A stretch of 63,434 nt of DNA, counting the filler, from Polymyxa betae A26-41 (taxonomy: Eukaryota > Protista > Endomyxa: Phytomyxea), in NCBI GenBank assembly GCA_003693705.1. It is 5 parts of 5 records of this genome, joined end to end, with 100 filler letters (N's around TTAATTAATTAA, not from the genome) between each part and the next. Parts side by side here need not be neighbours in the genome. Positions count along the whole stretch, not along the records: positions 23,592 to 44,145 come from RBZT01000341.1; positions 44,246 to 49,865 come from RBZT01000587.1; positions 49,966 to 57,607 come from RBZT01000192.1; 2 more parts are not named here. The stretch is one strand, 5' to 3'. The translations under genes were made by a program, and so were the position numbers. This document shows, piece after piece, positions 37,925 through 50,999 of the stretch. The number at the start of each line of letters is the position of its first letter. Within the stretch, counting starts at the first letter, position 1. The notes below the pieces were generated by a model that did not search any database, was not told where the DNA came from, and saw only the letters and a list, made by a program, of their open reading frames with translations.

Positions 37925-38558
37925 AAAAATTCAATAATGGATGATTTGGATTATTGCCCAGAAAGTCCTGTATATCCCCGTGATTCTCAGTCCGAACACT
38001 GAATCCTGGACTCCAATAATCTTCAATATATCAAAGTTCCTCCATTTAAAAGAAATTAAATGTCAGTCTTTGTAGAATTATTTCTGGCACCCACTATTTT
38101 CTCTATTTCACGGGATGCTGTATCATAAGCAAATTGATTCAAATTTCTTCAGAAACATTAAGAGAAATATCAGAATAAAACTGAATTCGGTCCTCATGAA
38201 TTTGCTTAATTTCTTTAGTAAGTAAAGTCTCATCTGAAAAACGTAGCCGTTGTGAGTATCAGTTTCCCGATAAGGACCATGCCATTTCAAAGTTAATTTG
38301 TTCAGATGTTTCTTTTCAGGTATTGCAACCAAAACGTAATCTCGTTCCAAACTTGGGAAAAAATCGATTGCGAGAAGATCGCTGACTACGTTTCATCCGT
38401 TCACATTCAGTGATGTGAAAAATATTTTTTTGCACATTATTCATGCTCTCAATCAATTTATCCGTAGCCTCCTATGTATTTTCACTTTCTAACTCAATTA
38501 TACTAATAGTTCCAATTTGTGAATTGAGAAATATTGAATCAAGAGGATTGTCTGCTGG

Positions 38559-38993
38559 CTGGGCTGGAAAAAACCCGAATTTAGCTCGGAATAAAATCAG
38601 GTTTATGGATTCTTAGGGAAACCCCATATAGTCTTTGGGTTTTTTAGGTTTTATATCAGACTCGGTATTTATTAAACATTTAATGGGTTTTGTCAGATTC
38701 CTGATCATCGCAGGAGGAATGGGAAAATAGGAGATCGTCAAGTTCCTGCTGAGCATTCGGGAAATTAGCTCTGATATAGACCAGCTTCTCAACCCGCTCG
38801 GGGGCTAAAGAGCTCCGCAACTTTGTATCGATATATCCTGATTGGAGAAACTTCTTTCGCATGCCCACAAACTGCGTTATTTGCGAAAAAATAACGTAAT
38901 ATTGTAACCCGATTTTCTGGGCTGGAATAAAATCGGGTTGTTTTAAAAAACCCAAAAAACCCACGAATTAAAAACCCCGCGCTGCCAGCCTTG
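38559..38993 (-). mobile_element. Internally deleted hAT element
   Basis: Ends CTGGGCTGG / CCAGCCTTG; TSD TCTGCTGG / TCTGCTAG; remnant TKLRSSLAPERVEKLVYIRAN. Confidence 0.88.
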
Positions 38994-39199
38994 TCTGCTA
39001 GTAAGCCATTCATGACAGTAATAGGTGCAAGATTTCCCAATCGCTGTTGTGACCTATGATTCAAGGTGTGTTGAATTAGGTTACTCAACAAAGGCCATTC
39101 TAACTTGTGGTAAAGTAATTCAGAAATTAAGGCTCGTAATAGATAAAGAGTATCTCTCTATTAATGATTTCAATAGAACCTCTGGAATATTGAGCGTAT

Positions 39200-40717
39200 G
39201 CCGTCACGAAATGTTGTTTTGTACCAAGTCGTCTTGTTAATTCTTTCATAGTCTGGGATACAAAGTAAGATGCCTGATCAGAGACCTAAATCTCCGAAAT
39301 CCAAAAAGTGCGTCTCCGCAATTCCTGACGAGACATCAGCAGATCACCATCAAACTACGATGTACACAATGGGTGGTGGATCGGGGGTTGCGAATACAGC
39401 TTTCTTCTGTCCTGTATGGCCCATACTGTGCAGCTTGGCATCAAACATGGAATGTCGAGCTGTCGAAATCTTGATGTTGCTATCGGTCGTTTTCGGGATA
39501 CCATCAAAAAAATTTCCGACTCACCAAAGCTGTTGGAGGCTTTGAAGGCGCTATGTACCTCTCTCAATATAACTTGGCGAAACCTCGAGTTGGACGTCGA
39601 AACTCGATGGAACTGTACATGGTCTACTCTATGCTGAATTCCTTTGTCCTGCTACGAACATCAATTGAAGAGCTTCTTAGAAGAATTCGAGAGCGCCATG
39701 TAGGTTACTGTGAGTTTACCATTGCACCCTCTGATCCTCTGGCTTCTGAAATTCCTGCTGGAAGCTGGTATGCTGTTTAAGACTTTTGCAATTTTCCTCA
39801 ACCATTCAAAGACGCCACTGTTCTCCTGTCTGCATCACATTATCCGACTTTGAGAATGTCACTTCCTGTATTCTGTACCATTCTCCAGCACGTCCAAAAG
39901 TCAATTCAAGCTGCGCATGGCTTTAAATGTACATTGACCATCAAATTCGCGAAAGCCGTTCAGGATAAAATGGAGTCTTACTATGATAAGATCAACCAGA
40001 GCCATGTTCAGATCGCAGCTGTGCTAGATCCGCGCATCAAAGGATATCTCAACAAAATGGGCCTGTCCCACTGTTATTTTTCTGGTCTTACGCGAATACG
40101 ATGCCTTTTACAGAGCTCAATACGAGTGTTATTCCGCAATAAAGCAAGCTCCAGAGACTGCCGAGGCCCAAAGCGGGATTGCGGGCACCTTAATGAATAG
40201 TTTTATGGATGTATTCGACGAAGATGAAGGAAGCAGTGGTGATGCTCAGTCGTCTGAACCATTTCAAAACGAACTAGAACGTTGGTTCTCTTATGCCCCA
40301 ATGAAATTAGATCAAAGCTCCCACGATGTTTTAATGTGGTTTAAGCTCAATTCGGCCTTATTTCCCAGGGTGGCGTTTAAGGCAAGGGACTATCTAGGAG
40401 TAACAGCCACTTCAGTTCCGAGTGAGGTGGCTTTTTCACGCGCTGGAACGGTTGTCAGCAAAACACGTGCACGGCTGGGCGACGATGCTGTGCAAGCAAT
40501 TTGCGAAATGAAGTCATTTCTCAGTTTTATGAAGTAGATTTTAAATATAAAGCTGAACTTTTGTTTACTAATTTTTAATCGACTTTAGTCGACTTGAGTT
40601 AACTAGAAGATATGTTGAGTGATTAGAAGTCGATTGGGCACTGTCGACTGAAACTCAGCTGACTGGGTCGACTGTAGTCGAATGCAGTCGACTATATAGT
40701 CGAATCTGACACCCCTA
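39200..40717 (+). mobile_element. hAT transposon, 3' half
   Basis: C-AHTVQL, DVETRWN, AAVLDPR, dimerization WFK...FPRV...ATSVPSEVAFS; TIR ...GACACCCCTA; GTCGAC repeats. Confidence 0.92.
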
Positions 40718-43700
40718 ATCCGGTCCTAATTTAACGCGGAATACATCTCTGGGAGATAACAATAGTTGCGTTAAAGTATTTTCATATTTTAGGATATAGT
40801 CCACTAAAAAAAATCTTGGACATTGTCTTTAATCAATTCTAATATGTCGGAGCCAATATCTGCTCCTATCTCAAATTGATCAGAAACAATGTCATCGATA
40901 AGACTATCATCATGATTGAGAATTAAAGTATCCAAAGCATTGTTAGGATCAATGCCCAAAGTGATTAAAATGTCCTTTCCAAGCAAGAACTCTGTATTCA
41001 ATTGGTCCCATATGATAATTCTTTGACTTGATAGTATCAACTGCCCAGCCTTTGTCGCTAATTTAATATCACTATCAACTGCTTGAGTAACCTCATGAAA
41101 ATCAGAATTTGGCAATTGCAAAGTTAGAGATGGTTTTAGTGATTTGATCTGTAAATTCTTATCAAAGGCTTTTAATTTATTTAGAGCATTGCATGAAATT
41201 ATAGTAGGATCAGCCCCACTATCAAGGATTGCTTTACAGAGCAGATATCCGTCAGCCAGCAAAATTTCGATGCTACGATCAGTCATAGAGACATGATCAG
41301 CTACATTCGCTATAATGATATAAGCCGAAGATTTCGAAGGTGTATATTTTTACATTTTATATCAAGCGGTTAAATCCTTTTGCTCAGCCGCAGAAGGCTT
41401 CACCGGACATTATTTGACATGATGACCATCTTTCTTACATTTTAGAAAATAGTGAATAGTGCCTTTTTAGCAATAGATAATGATGATGATTCTGATTGTG
41501 TTTGCTGAGTTGAAACTGGACGCTTTCCAAATCTATTAGTATTCGGCATAGAATATTTAAAAACATGGTGATAAGTTTCAACTTTGTTATAAAGTTCGGC
41601 AACAAATCCAGGAATATCATCTTCAAGCTCGGAGTTTTGCCATTGAATCAAGTCTTCCATATGCATTTTAAACTCGATCGGCTGAAAAACCTCGCATTAA
41701 AAAACGGATATAATTTTTGGGACCATTCCGGGAAGTAAAAGAAGCCTTAAAATTGTTTGACTCTATTGATTCATCAAAGCAATAAACCAGGTGTGAAACC
41801 CGATCACGAGGCGGAAATTTCATCCTCATTTTTAACGACGAGACAACAGTTTCTCGTATACGATGAACACTGGATGCATCGGCGTCCAAATAATCATCAA
41901 TAACTTTCTTTAACTGGTCGTCCGTGTTACTGTACTGGTTCACATCCCGAGGTGAAATGATGGGTTTTAATGAACTTCATCAAACTCCCATCGATCATGT
42001 GTCTTAATTCAGCCGGGAATGCAGATGCTCAAGCCCCCCGCCTTTGAACGTCATATATTATGCCCCTGTATCGAGACACACTGTTCTTGAAGTCGATCAA
42101 GGATTTCCGATCAAATTTTTTCTGAAACGGTGGCTCTGCCGGCTTCAGCACTTATAGCAGTCCAGACAGTGGCAGGTGGTGCTGGCGCAAACGCATTAAT
42201 CTGGGCTTCTTCTGATTCAATTTGCATGACGTTGCCATGTCCCCTCACAGCATTGTCCACAATTTCAAGAGGTGCATGATCAGCGATTTGCTGTGCCTCC
42301 ATAATCAGCCTTTATGATCAGACTAAAGAAATTTCTTTGTCTGTTCTCACAGCAATCCGATATTAGGCAGTTATATAAATGCTTTATTGAGTAGATCAGC
42401 TGGAGCTTAAATAAGGCCCACATCTCCGATCTCCGAACCAGCTTCAATATTTTCTCTCCGATTCCGATCTCCGAGCTGGTGGCCGTTCTCCACCACAGTG
42501 CATTTCTGATGCCTTCCTACAAATATCATTCGCTAAACCTCCGTTAATAATTTATATTTTCCAAAAACGGGGCCGCTGATTATGCAGCATGATGAGTTCT
42601 GTCGATTAACGGTTTATGTTCCACTTAATCAGGTATTCATTTGAAGCCTTAGCATTTCCCCAGCTCTCCAGACTAACTGTATGACAGTCAAGATGTCAGT
42701 GTCTGTACCAAGTCTGGTAACAAATGAGCCCAGATGCTGAGCGATCTCAAATTGCGTTTGGGTTTTGCTTTTTTGGCGAATACGGAATACCATGGTATAT
42801 CGTACGGGACGTCATATTGAACTTTCAAGAAGCTTGGTGTACGCAAGACAGCGGAGATATGAATTTATAAACTACGTGGTATGAGTTAGAAACTGCGAGG
42901 TGTAATTTAGCATGGATGTGGGTAGGTGAGCGATGACGTACGGTACCGATCGCTAATTGTTAGCTCCAGCGTTAAAGAGTAAGCCTTTAACTGATTCAAA
43001 GATGGGATTAAAGCAAATCCTAGCTTTTTGGCCCAGTTGAGATGTACCAAAGAGCTAGCGTTTAAGATCTAAATCCCATCTTGTTCACTGGGAAGTTATG
43101 ATTTGAGAATGTCCGTTGTGGGATTTAATTTTCGCACCCTAAACCAAAAGGGTTGTAATTCTTATGTGCCATTACATACTGTTAAATTGATTTCAAAAGT
43201 GCGAAAGCAGTTTTTGCGAGCAACCACAATTTTTCAGAAAGTGCTTGCATAAAAATGCGAAAACCGTGGCGGACATCTTAACTGTCTGTGTAGTCTTTCA
43301 GAGTTCTTTTCGAGATGAACATAATTTTATCTTTATAATAAAGAGATCTGTAAATTGTGCGAAATCCGTATCTCTCGCTATGAGTTGGCTCCGAGTTTAT
43401 GGTGCGCACCCTGATGCGCAGAAAATCCGATGGTCCCCAAAGTTTGGCTATGAGTTTGTTATAGTCGTTCACAACTGGCCTATCATGGGCGACAATGGAA
43501 ATCTTGACGCTTTGGAGTTGTCTCTGATTTCGCAGTCCTCCTTGATGAACATTGGAAGCTCTGCTGCAACTTCGCTTGAGTCGTCATCTTTGGGCAAGAG
43601 AAAACGTCAGTTGCTTCAGAACGAGCAATTGGCAGCGCTCATATCATCGTATCACCAATACTTATCTGAATACAGTGAAACAAGTAAGAACGTTTGTCAA

Positions 43701-43805
43701 AGAATCTCTGCGGCAGTATGGAAGTAGGTATTCTTTTGTATCAACTTATATGTTCTCCAAATGAAGTAATAAATACTGCGACACTGCGCACTATTTAAAC
43801 CGCAT

Positions 43806-43981
43806 TGCGATACTACGCAAATGGTAACATAAGGGTTTCAAGTCAAGACCGCCGGAAGCTGAAGGCCCCCAAGCCCTGAATCACGTTCCGTCGGAATAGA
43901 GTCACGGACATGCGTCACGGACCGCGGAACTACCCTAGAAGAATTACAGTTTGATTAAATTACCATTACGATTTTACAGCA
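43806..43981 (+). repeat. Possible solo LTR
   Basis: TG...CA ends; shares GAGTCACGG and CTACCCT motifs with the LTR at 13209; no clear TSD. Confidence 0.4.
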
Positions 43982-44245
43982 CTAACTCCAACGACTATCA
44001 CGTTTTAGTAGAAGTGCTATAGAGGACAGCGAGGCGGCAATCGTCGATGTCAGGGACATAGATGCGGTTCAGGAAAAGGAGATTTCCGGATCGCGAGAAC
44101 TCGGAGAAGGGAGAGAGCTCATCGAGCTTCGACAGGGCATACTCGNNNNNNNNNNNNNNNNNNNNNNNNNNNNNNNNNNNNNNNNNNNNTTAATTAATTA
44201 ANNNNNNNNNNNNNNNNNNNNNNNNNNNNNNNNNNNNNNNNNNNN

Positions 44246-44700
44246 TCACGGATTCATTATCCTGCTTGCAACAACTGGCATGTCTCCCATACAAATACAA
44301 ATTCGTGAATGCCGTTGTAAAAGACGTCGCTGAGAAACTCGCTGAACTTAGCGAAGAAAACGAAGTCGAACTTCACTTTATTCCAAGTCACACACAACAG
44401 ATTGCAGAAAGTGATGCGATAGACGAACTAGCCAAGCAGGCTGCAATAGAAGGAGAACGAATTGAACACGACCCATTAGTTTCTTCATAGAAATTAATGT
44501 ATAAGCAGTTAAAAAGACAAAAACTACATAATTATTTATTGAAAAGGTGAAACCAAGCGGATTTGCAAACTACCCGAAACGAACTCCTCTAATAGATGGA
44601 TATTCTCGTACACAGAGCAGAGATGGTAATACAGACTACCAGATCTACTTTGATCATTCCAGCCGGCTGGTGAACTTGTCGGTCCAGGCATGCTGGACCA
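44246..44700 (+). pseudogene. Non-LTR retrotransposon RNase H C-terminal fragment
   Basis: VELHFIPSHT...ESDAIDELAKQAA matches the W-P-H...GNE-AD-LAK motif. Confidence 0.75.
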
Positions 44701-47112
44701 TGCTGATTGTTCATAGTCTCTGCTGGATTATGCACCTGAAAGAGAGAGAGACGCAATCTATAGTCAATGAATCACCAATTCGATAAAATTTGAGCAAAAT
44801 TCTCGAAATTTGTTTGAGTCTGACTCAGACCGCAACCACTGCGCACATTCTCACAACTCAGATTTTTAACGGCACTTTTTTTAATCAATTTTCCCGCAAT
44901 TTCTTGGATGGAAACTGAAGTGACGTGAACCTGTCTTAGTCTGACCTTCTCCAAAAAGAACTCGGAAATGAGCAAATGACGCAGATACTGACGAGATACA
45001 GGCCTGCTCTAATATAGACATCACGGAGTGCGGGTCGGGGTCTCGGACTATCTCACGGACCTCCATTAACCATCTCATTAAACAAGTCAGCTCGATTCCA
45101 TCAACCATGAATTCCGCCCTGGTTCTGTCCCTGATCGTGGCCGTACTGGCTCTCCAGATGCGATCCGGCTCCATGCCCGCTCTGTACGTATCGTGGCCGT
45201 ACTGACCCCCCGTCCCCTGACATGTTGTTACAGTGGACGAATGTTACAGCAGCAGCTGCCTCAGGCGAATGAGCTCAACAATATTACCGGAGTGCGAGGT
45301 TCGCGATCATAAACAGTCCGAATATCGAGCCCGACCATCCTCCGAGACATACCGAAGGGGGGCCGGTACGATTCAGTCAGTCCGTCTGCGAGGTAGACAG
45401 GACACGGAGCACCAGTGCGATTCTCAAACCCTAACTACTTGGTCCCGGAGTGGGCATTCAGGATAGACCGCGTTTTCGGTCCGCCCTCATACAAACGGAT
45501 TGCGAGTACGACCGCGACCCGGCGTTCAGGCGGCATGGAGAGCTGCCGAATCAAGGGCGACGACACCTGCCCGAGCCACACATCTTGGTGGCTGAGAGGT
45601 CATATCATCCAATGACATTTTAAGTGAAGCTGCCTGTCGGTTAGGGTTTCTATCACAAGCGAATAGAAAGTTCTGTTCATGGTGATGGAGGAATTCGAGG
45701 CGATCTCGTTACAAACGAATCTGTAAACTTGATGAAGCAATGTGCTGCGTGGATATTCGTCCTGAGATGAGCAGGATTTAGAGGACTCAGCTGATAGGTG
45801 GCGATGGATTTTTAGAAGGTAAACTCTACAAAATTGAATTTTATTAAACTCAGACTTAGAAGAGCGAATAAATTTAGGATGTTGATAAACATTATCGGAC
45901 AAAAATGTATCATGGGAATGATAAGAAGTGAGCGGATAACAGAGCGACATCTTGATGGCTTTATTCTGCATTCACGCAGATGTGAGCGGCGTGAATATTG
46001 TCGATTTCCTTTCTCGGTCTGTAATGAGATTTCGGACTATCCAGCATTCCTTCCAAACGCAGCAATCGAAAATGTCGCCAGCTGCGATTGGAATTGCGTC
46101 GAAGCAGCATTTTGTCAGATGAATCATCATATCCTATGAGCGTCCTCGATCCCTATACTGACCTGGTCCTCACAATCGCCGTCAGATCAATATCCAGCCA
46201 CCGAACCTCTCACAATCTTTCGTATTCGGTTTCTTTATCCCTCAAGATGTGTTAAATCTCATTCGAGGATCTCGAGCGGCTCTTTTCATAGGGAAAACTG
46301 CTGATCCGATTGCTTCCGATAATAGTCGAACGGATTTCGCATGCAATGTAGCTGCCAATGCTCCTATAGCAGGGCCAAGCCCTTCGATATTGCTTACGAT
46401 TGATCTCGTATGTAACGCCAAGGATTCCGATACAAAGTGCAGATCGCTGCACAAGATTTTTTGCTCAATTTTATATTCTCACATCTACGATTTACTGAAT
46501 AAGTTTCACAGTTTTCAGATTTGGAATTGCGACCGTCAGCTGAACGCCTTTGACAAATTCAGTGATCTCTCAGATATCTCATCCTATTGAGAGCGTCAGT
46601 CATCAGCTGCGTCTTGATCTGAGAAGCATCATAATGTGACAAGATTCGTTTATGTTTCTCAGTTGCAAAGTTGAGGGTCGGCGGCTGCTTGATCACGAAG
46701 AAGAGTCGCGAGAAAACTAAAAATTCCAAATTAAAAAGGAAATAAATAAATAAATAAATATTAAAATGAAAATTATTTCTTGAGTTGTATTCGAGAACTT
46801 CAAATACCTGAGAGCAAATCTGGCGGTAGATCATTTTCATTAATAGTCTTTGTCTGACAATATCTTCTTATATGTCCAGACTGTAGATAACGCGATGATC
46901 TGGGCCAAATAGAAGGAGAGATTCGAACCATTCAAAGATGAGCAATCCGATGACTCAAGAAGAGCTGCGGCCGAGGATAGGCTTGACGCGGGCGAACGGA
47001 AAACTGCGCGGTCATGGGAACGGAAGGGCGCGGCCGCCTTCCTATCTTTGATCGGGTCAAAAGACCCCAAACGCCCAAAGGCCCTTCAATCGCAACAACT
47101 CTCTCAACTCTA

Positions 47113-47641
47113 ATGCAACGAATCCTATCGGCGGTCGTACTGGTCCTCGCCCTCGTCGGCGTCGCTTTCGCGGCCCCCAAGGCAACGCCAAAGGTCCGAA
47201 AAGGTCGGTGCCGTGTTCGTTGCGCGGCCGCGCCCTTACTGACGGATTTCGAAACAGTGCGGTTTGCGGAGACCACGCTGGCTCATGTCCAGGACGTCGA
47301 GGGCCAGTTCTGCACCTCGGTGGTGCCCTTGGAGATGACCGACTCCGACAAGCGCATCGTCCTGAAATCGCCGCTGAATGCGATCTTTCCGGTGGCGGAT
47401 GTTGACAGCCCCAGTCCGACCAGAAAGCCGTCCTCATGTAATGTTACACACCACGAATTGATCATCTCTGTCAAACGTTTCACCGTTTTCCTGTCTTTTA
47501 CGTTACCACTGCCTATTGTGACCGCGTTTTGCGGCGATTTTTCTCATCGTGTCAGCAGGCTGCGCCCGCGGACGATTCTGGAACTGTTTCTCTATGGGGG
47601 CCGCCCGTACGGTCACATCAAAAGGACGCTGTTATTGTTGA
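47113..47641 (+). CDS. Predicted small secreted protein, 117 aa, exons 47113-47203, 47258-47437, 47559-47641; RKVRF motif; Cys-containing tail
   Basis: Signal-like MQRILSAVVLVLALVGVAFA; GT-AG introns with branch-like TACTGAC; splice sites conserved in the paralog; AATAAA right after the stop. Confidence 0.75.
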
Positions 47642-48086
47642 GCAATAAACTCGAGCTTGATCCTATTGATGTTTTCGATTGAAAATTTCACAATGCCGGT
47701 TGGATAACTTTGCTGCAGAAGTAGGGTTTTCCACCAAGTCGGACTTCGCGAAATTCACGTACTGTACCTATCTGTCGGTGAGCCTTGTAATTGTTTGTTT
47801 TGTTCTGGCGATACATTCAATCTCGAGACTGTACATAATGCCAAGATCTGGGCAAAATACTATAAAGTTTTTAAAATACATTTTCATATAAATTGAACTT
47901 TAAACAGTTTTACGTGAAGAGATTGTTATTTACCTCTCATAAAGATGCGATCCGATGACTCACCGATCTGTGTTCTTGGATTGAATTCCATTCGGGCGAA
48001 CGAAAACTGCGTCGTCGTGGGAGCCGCCGAGCGCAGCCTTCTCGTCTCCCCCCGACGCCTCACGGCCTTTTGATCGCATAGCTCGG

Positions 48087-49305
48087 ATGCAACGAATCTT
48101 ATCGGGGGCCGTACTGGTCGTCGCCCTCGTCGGCGTCGCTTTCGCCACCCCCGACAACGCCACTTCAAATGTCCGAAAAGGTCGTTGTCATATAGCAATG
48201 GGAGTCCGCCTTTGATGATCGGTTGGGAAACAGTGCGATTCGCGGAGACCGTGCGGGTTCATGCCCCGGACGACGCGGGCCAGTACCGCACCGTAGAGAT
48301 GCCAATGGAGATGTCTGAAAGCGTCAAGCGGGTTGTCTTGAAATCGCCGCAAGCCATGGGTGTTGTATCTGCCGTGGCGGACGTTGAGCGTCCCAGTCCG
48401 AGCCAGGAGCCGTCCTCATGTAATGTTACACGACACGAATTGACTGTTGCATTTCTGTCAACTTTTCAACTTTTTCTCTTTTGTGTCAGAATTGCGATGG
48501 CCTGTTCAGCTGTTTTGTACAATTTGCCTTTATCTGACATTTCATTTGTGACTTTTTTGGGCTCTCAGCCTCAATGTCTATCACTTTTCCAGTCTCATTC
48601 TGTCAACTTTTTTTACTTTTGTTCGATGGTACCTTTTTCACTTCTTTCATTAGTTTTTGACATTTCCCGAACTTGTTCTGGATTACCTGACATTTTCACA
48701 TTGCCCGTTTCGACTTCCTTGTGCTTATCGGTCTACTTCTAGCTCTACTTTTTATGTTTCCCATCATTTTTTGGGAATTTCTTCTTTCTGTTTTGCCTGT
48801 TGCAGATCTATATATTGCTATCAAGTTTTTTATCGATTTTTGTTCATATTTGTCTTTCAACGATTTTCTGAACTTCCTGCCAACAGGCTGCGCCCGGGTG
48901 CGGCTCTCGCACTGCGTGGCGGCCGTACTGGCCACCAAGTTCGTCCACGTCCTCTGCGATCTACCGCTGTTCGTCGGCGGTCATACCCGTCGCTGCTCGG
49001 AGTCCGTGGTCGACCCGCGCGTCCTCGGCGACTGCCCCTACTCCGCGACCGTATTGCCCCAGGCGTTATTTGTGGCCGCTTTCGTCATGATGATGTGGAG
49101 ATCGGAGAGCGGTTCGCGCCGCGGGCGGCTGGCGGCGTTCGCTGCGGCGTTGGTGGTGTTTTTAGTGGAGGCTGCGCTCCGGATTGCGTACTGTGCGAAG
49201 CCGTGTGTCCCGTTCGGACAGAGATGGGCGTCGGTTGTGATTTATGCGGCCACGTTTCTGTTGATGTTTTTTGGAGCGCATCGATGTATCTGGGCCGATT
49301 TGTAA
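48087..49305 (+). CDS. Paralog, 232 aa, exons 48087-48180, 48234-48419, 48887-49305; signal peptide, RKVRFAETVRVH, 3-4 hydrophobic C-terminal segments
   Basis: MQRILSGAVLVVALVGVAFA; same intron positions and phases; spliced length 699 nt is open and joins ORFs 48185 and 48721. Confidence 0.75.
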
Positions 49306-49965
49306 CATAATGTCTATTAAACGTTTCGCTCTCATTATAGTCGTATTTGGTCAATGGCCATTAATTCGATGGGACGGGCGATGAAATCTCGTTCGAGCTG
49401 CCTCTAGAGCGCAGCATGGAATTCGACGATATAATCGTGGAACCCTAAACCCTAACAGCTGGGGTATTGGCACTTGCGATTTGGGCAGCTGTCGTCATGC
49501 TGAAAAGGTTCATGAAGTCTGAATCAACCCCGCAGAGTTCGAATTTCAGATTTGCCTCCTCAACTGAAATTAATTACACCACCACCCCAAAAACTGCAAG
49601 TAAGAGAAAACGTCCCTCAGCAGCAAAAACTCGAGAGAAAAAACATGTTGTAATCAGTGGCGGAGCCAGAAAAGTTTCTCTGAGGGGGTCCATCGCAGAC
49701 AACCCAGTTGTGATAGTGTGTATTTAAAAAAAGATTAAAGTGGACTTTTCACAGGCGTCTGGATTTCATATCGCAAAACAGAGATATCACTACATCTACA
49801 GCAGTTCCGCGGAAAATGCCCTTTTCGATGTAAAGTATGGGTAAATCAACCATCCAGGCGTCACCNNNNNNNNNNNNNNNNNNNNNNNNNNNNNNNNNNN
49901 NNNNNNNNNTTAATTAATTAANNNNNNNNNNNNNNNNNNNNNNNNNNNNNNNNNNNNNNNNNNNN

Positions 49966-50203
49966 GAGATGAGAAACGTATGAATTTTGGAGTTGATCGG
50001 AATGGTTGCGTGGAGGCCGCTCCTCGCCATTCATAGTAGGGAGACGAGGGGACCCGAGCAGTCCGTGACAGTTAGGGCTCTTCCCCTATAGGAATCGTCA
50101 GCAGGGGCGCAGCCCTCTGCGCAGCCCCTCAGGAAGGGCCAGTACGACTGCCTGGTGGTCGGCTGGGCGGCTGCGAGTACTGTCATGCTCAATGGGCATG
50201 ACA
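49966..50203 (-). repeat. LTR-like repeat at the contig start, same family as 1-169
   Basis: Direct sequence match. Confidence 0.7.
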
Positions 50204-50324
50204 GCAGAAGGTTCGGCCGGGACGTCGCCGGGTGGTCCGGCGGCATCGGTCGAAGGTAAGGCGGTAAGGAACGACGGCCGGGACATGGCCTTAGAGAAAA
50301 CAGGATGAATTTTAATCAAGTTTA

Positions 50325-50714
50325 CCGTTGCGGACAGCTTAACTCTGTAATTTTGATAGGGGTGACCTTGCGGACTTTATAAATCGGTCCCAAGAACATT
50401 TTCTTCAGAAAACTCAGCGCCAAACGATAGATCTCAACGAAAGCTTTCGAATAGCGTTAAAAATTTCCGAAAAAATTGATTTTATTGCGAACTTATAACG
50501 GTTTAAATTTGTTAGAAATTCTTATCCATTGGCACTTGTATGGCGAAAACAGATATTCCTCTACGCAAACTTATATGCGGCAGTCTCGCAGATTGCGCTG
50601 CCTTCGCAGTTTTTCTATGGCGCACTTCCGTGCGTGTATGACAAAATGTAAAACTACGTACGCACTTGTCCGATCAAATTGGCACTCATTACAGAGTTAA
50701 GCTGTCCGCAACGG
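50325..50714. mobile_element. Tc1/mariner- or pogo-type MITE
   Basis: Perfect 27-bp TIR CCGTTGCGGACAGCTTAACTCTGTAAT with TA on both sides. Confidence 0.9.
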
Positions 50715-50999
50715 TATAAGCGCAGATTGTTTATGAGCATGGGTCCTTCGTCCCAAATAACTGTAGTTATTTGGATTCACAACGATCTTTGGTTCCAATT
50801 AACCTCGATTTACCTGCGTAAGTCCGGGACCCAGAGCGGGACCCAGCGGGACCTCCCGGGTCCTCCGATCCTTTTAATTAAGATTATGTATTTTTTTAAG
50901 GTGCCGAAGGCACATGGATCATTTTAAGTGCGTACACCAAGTGGTAGTCGCAGGAAGACAAAAATAGGGGAGAAACCAAGCCTAAATACGCCACATCAT

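Larger units (their letters stand above)
35247..42497 (-). mobile_element. Gypsy (chromodomain) LTR retrotransposon, both LTRs present, RT region lost, three nested DNA transposons
   Basis: LTRs about 35247-35407 and 42338-42497; flanking GTGCA(TT) duplication; PPT GGAGAAGGCGG; gag 41400-42300; protease ILDSGAD 40804-41286; integrase fragments 38123-39190. Confidence 0.9.

Noticed and set aside
47014-47682. Unspliced 222-aa ORF
   Set aside because: It reads through an in-frame 54-nt intron and into intron 2; the paralog's 53-nt intron and conserved splice sites support the spliced model.
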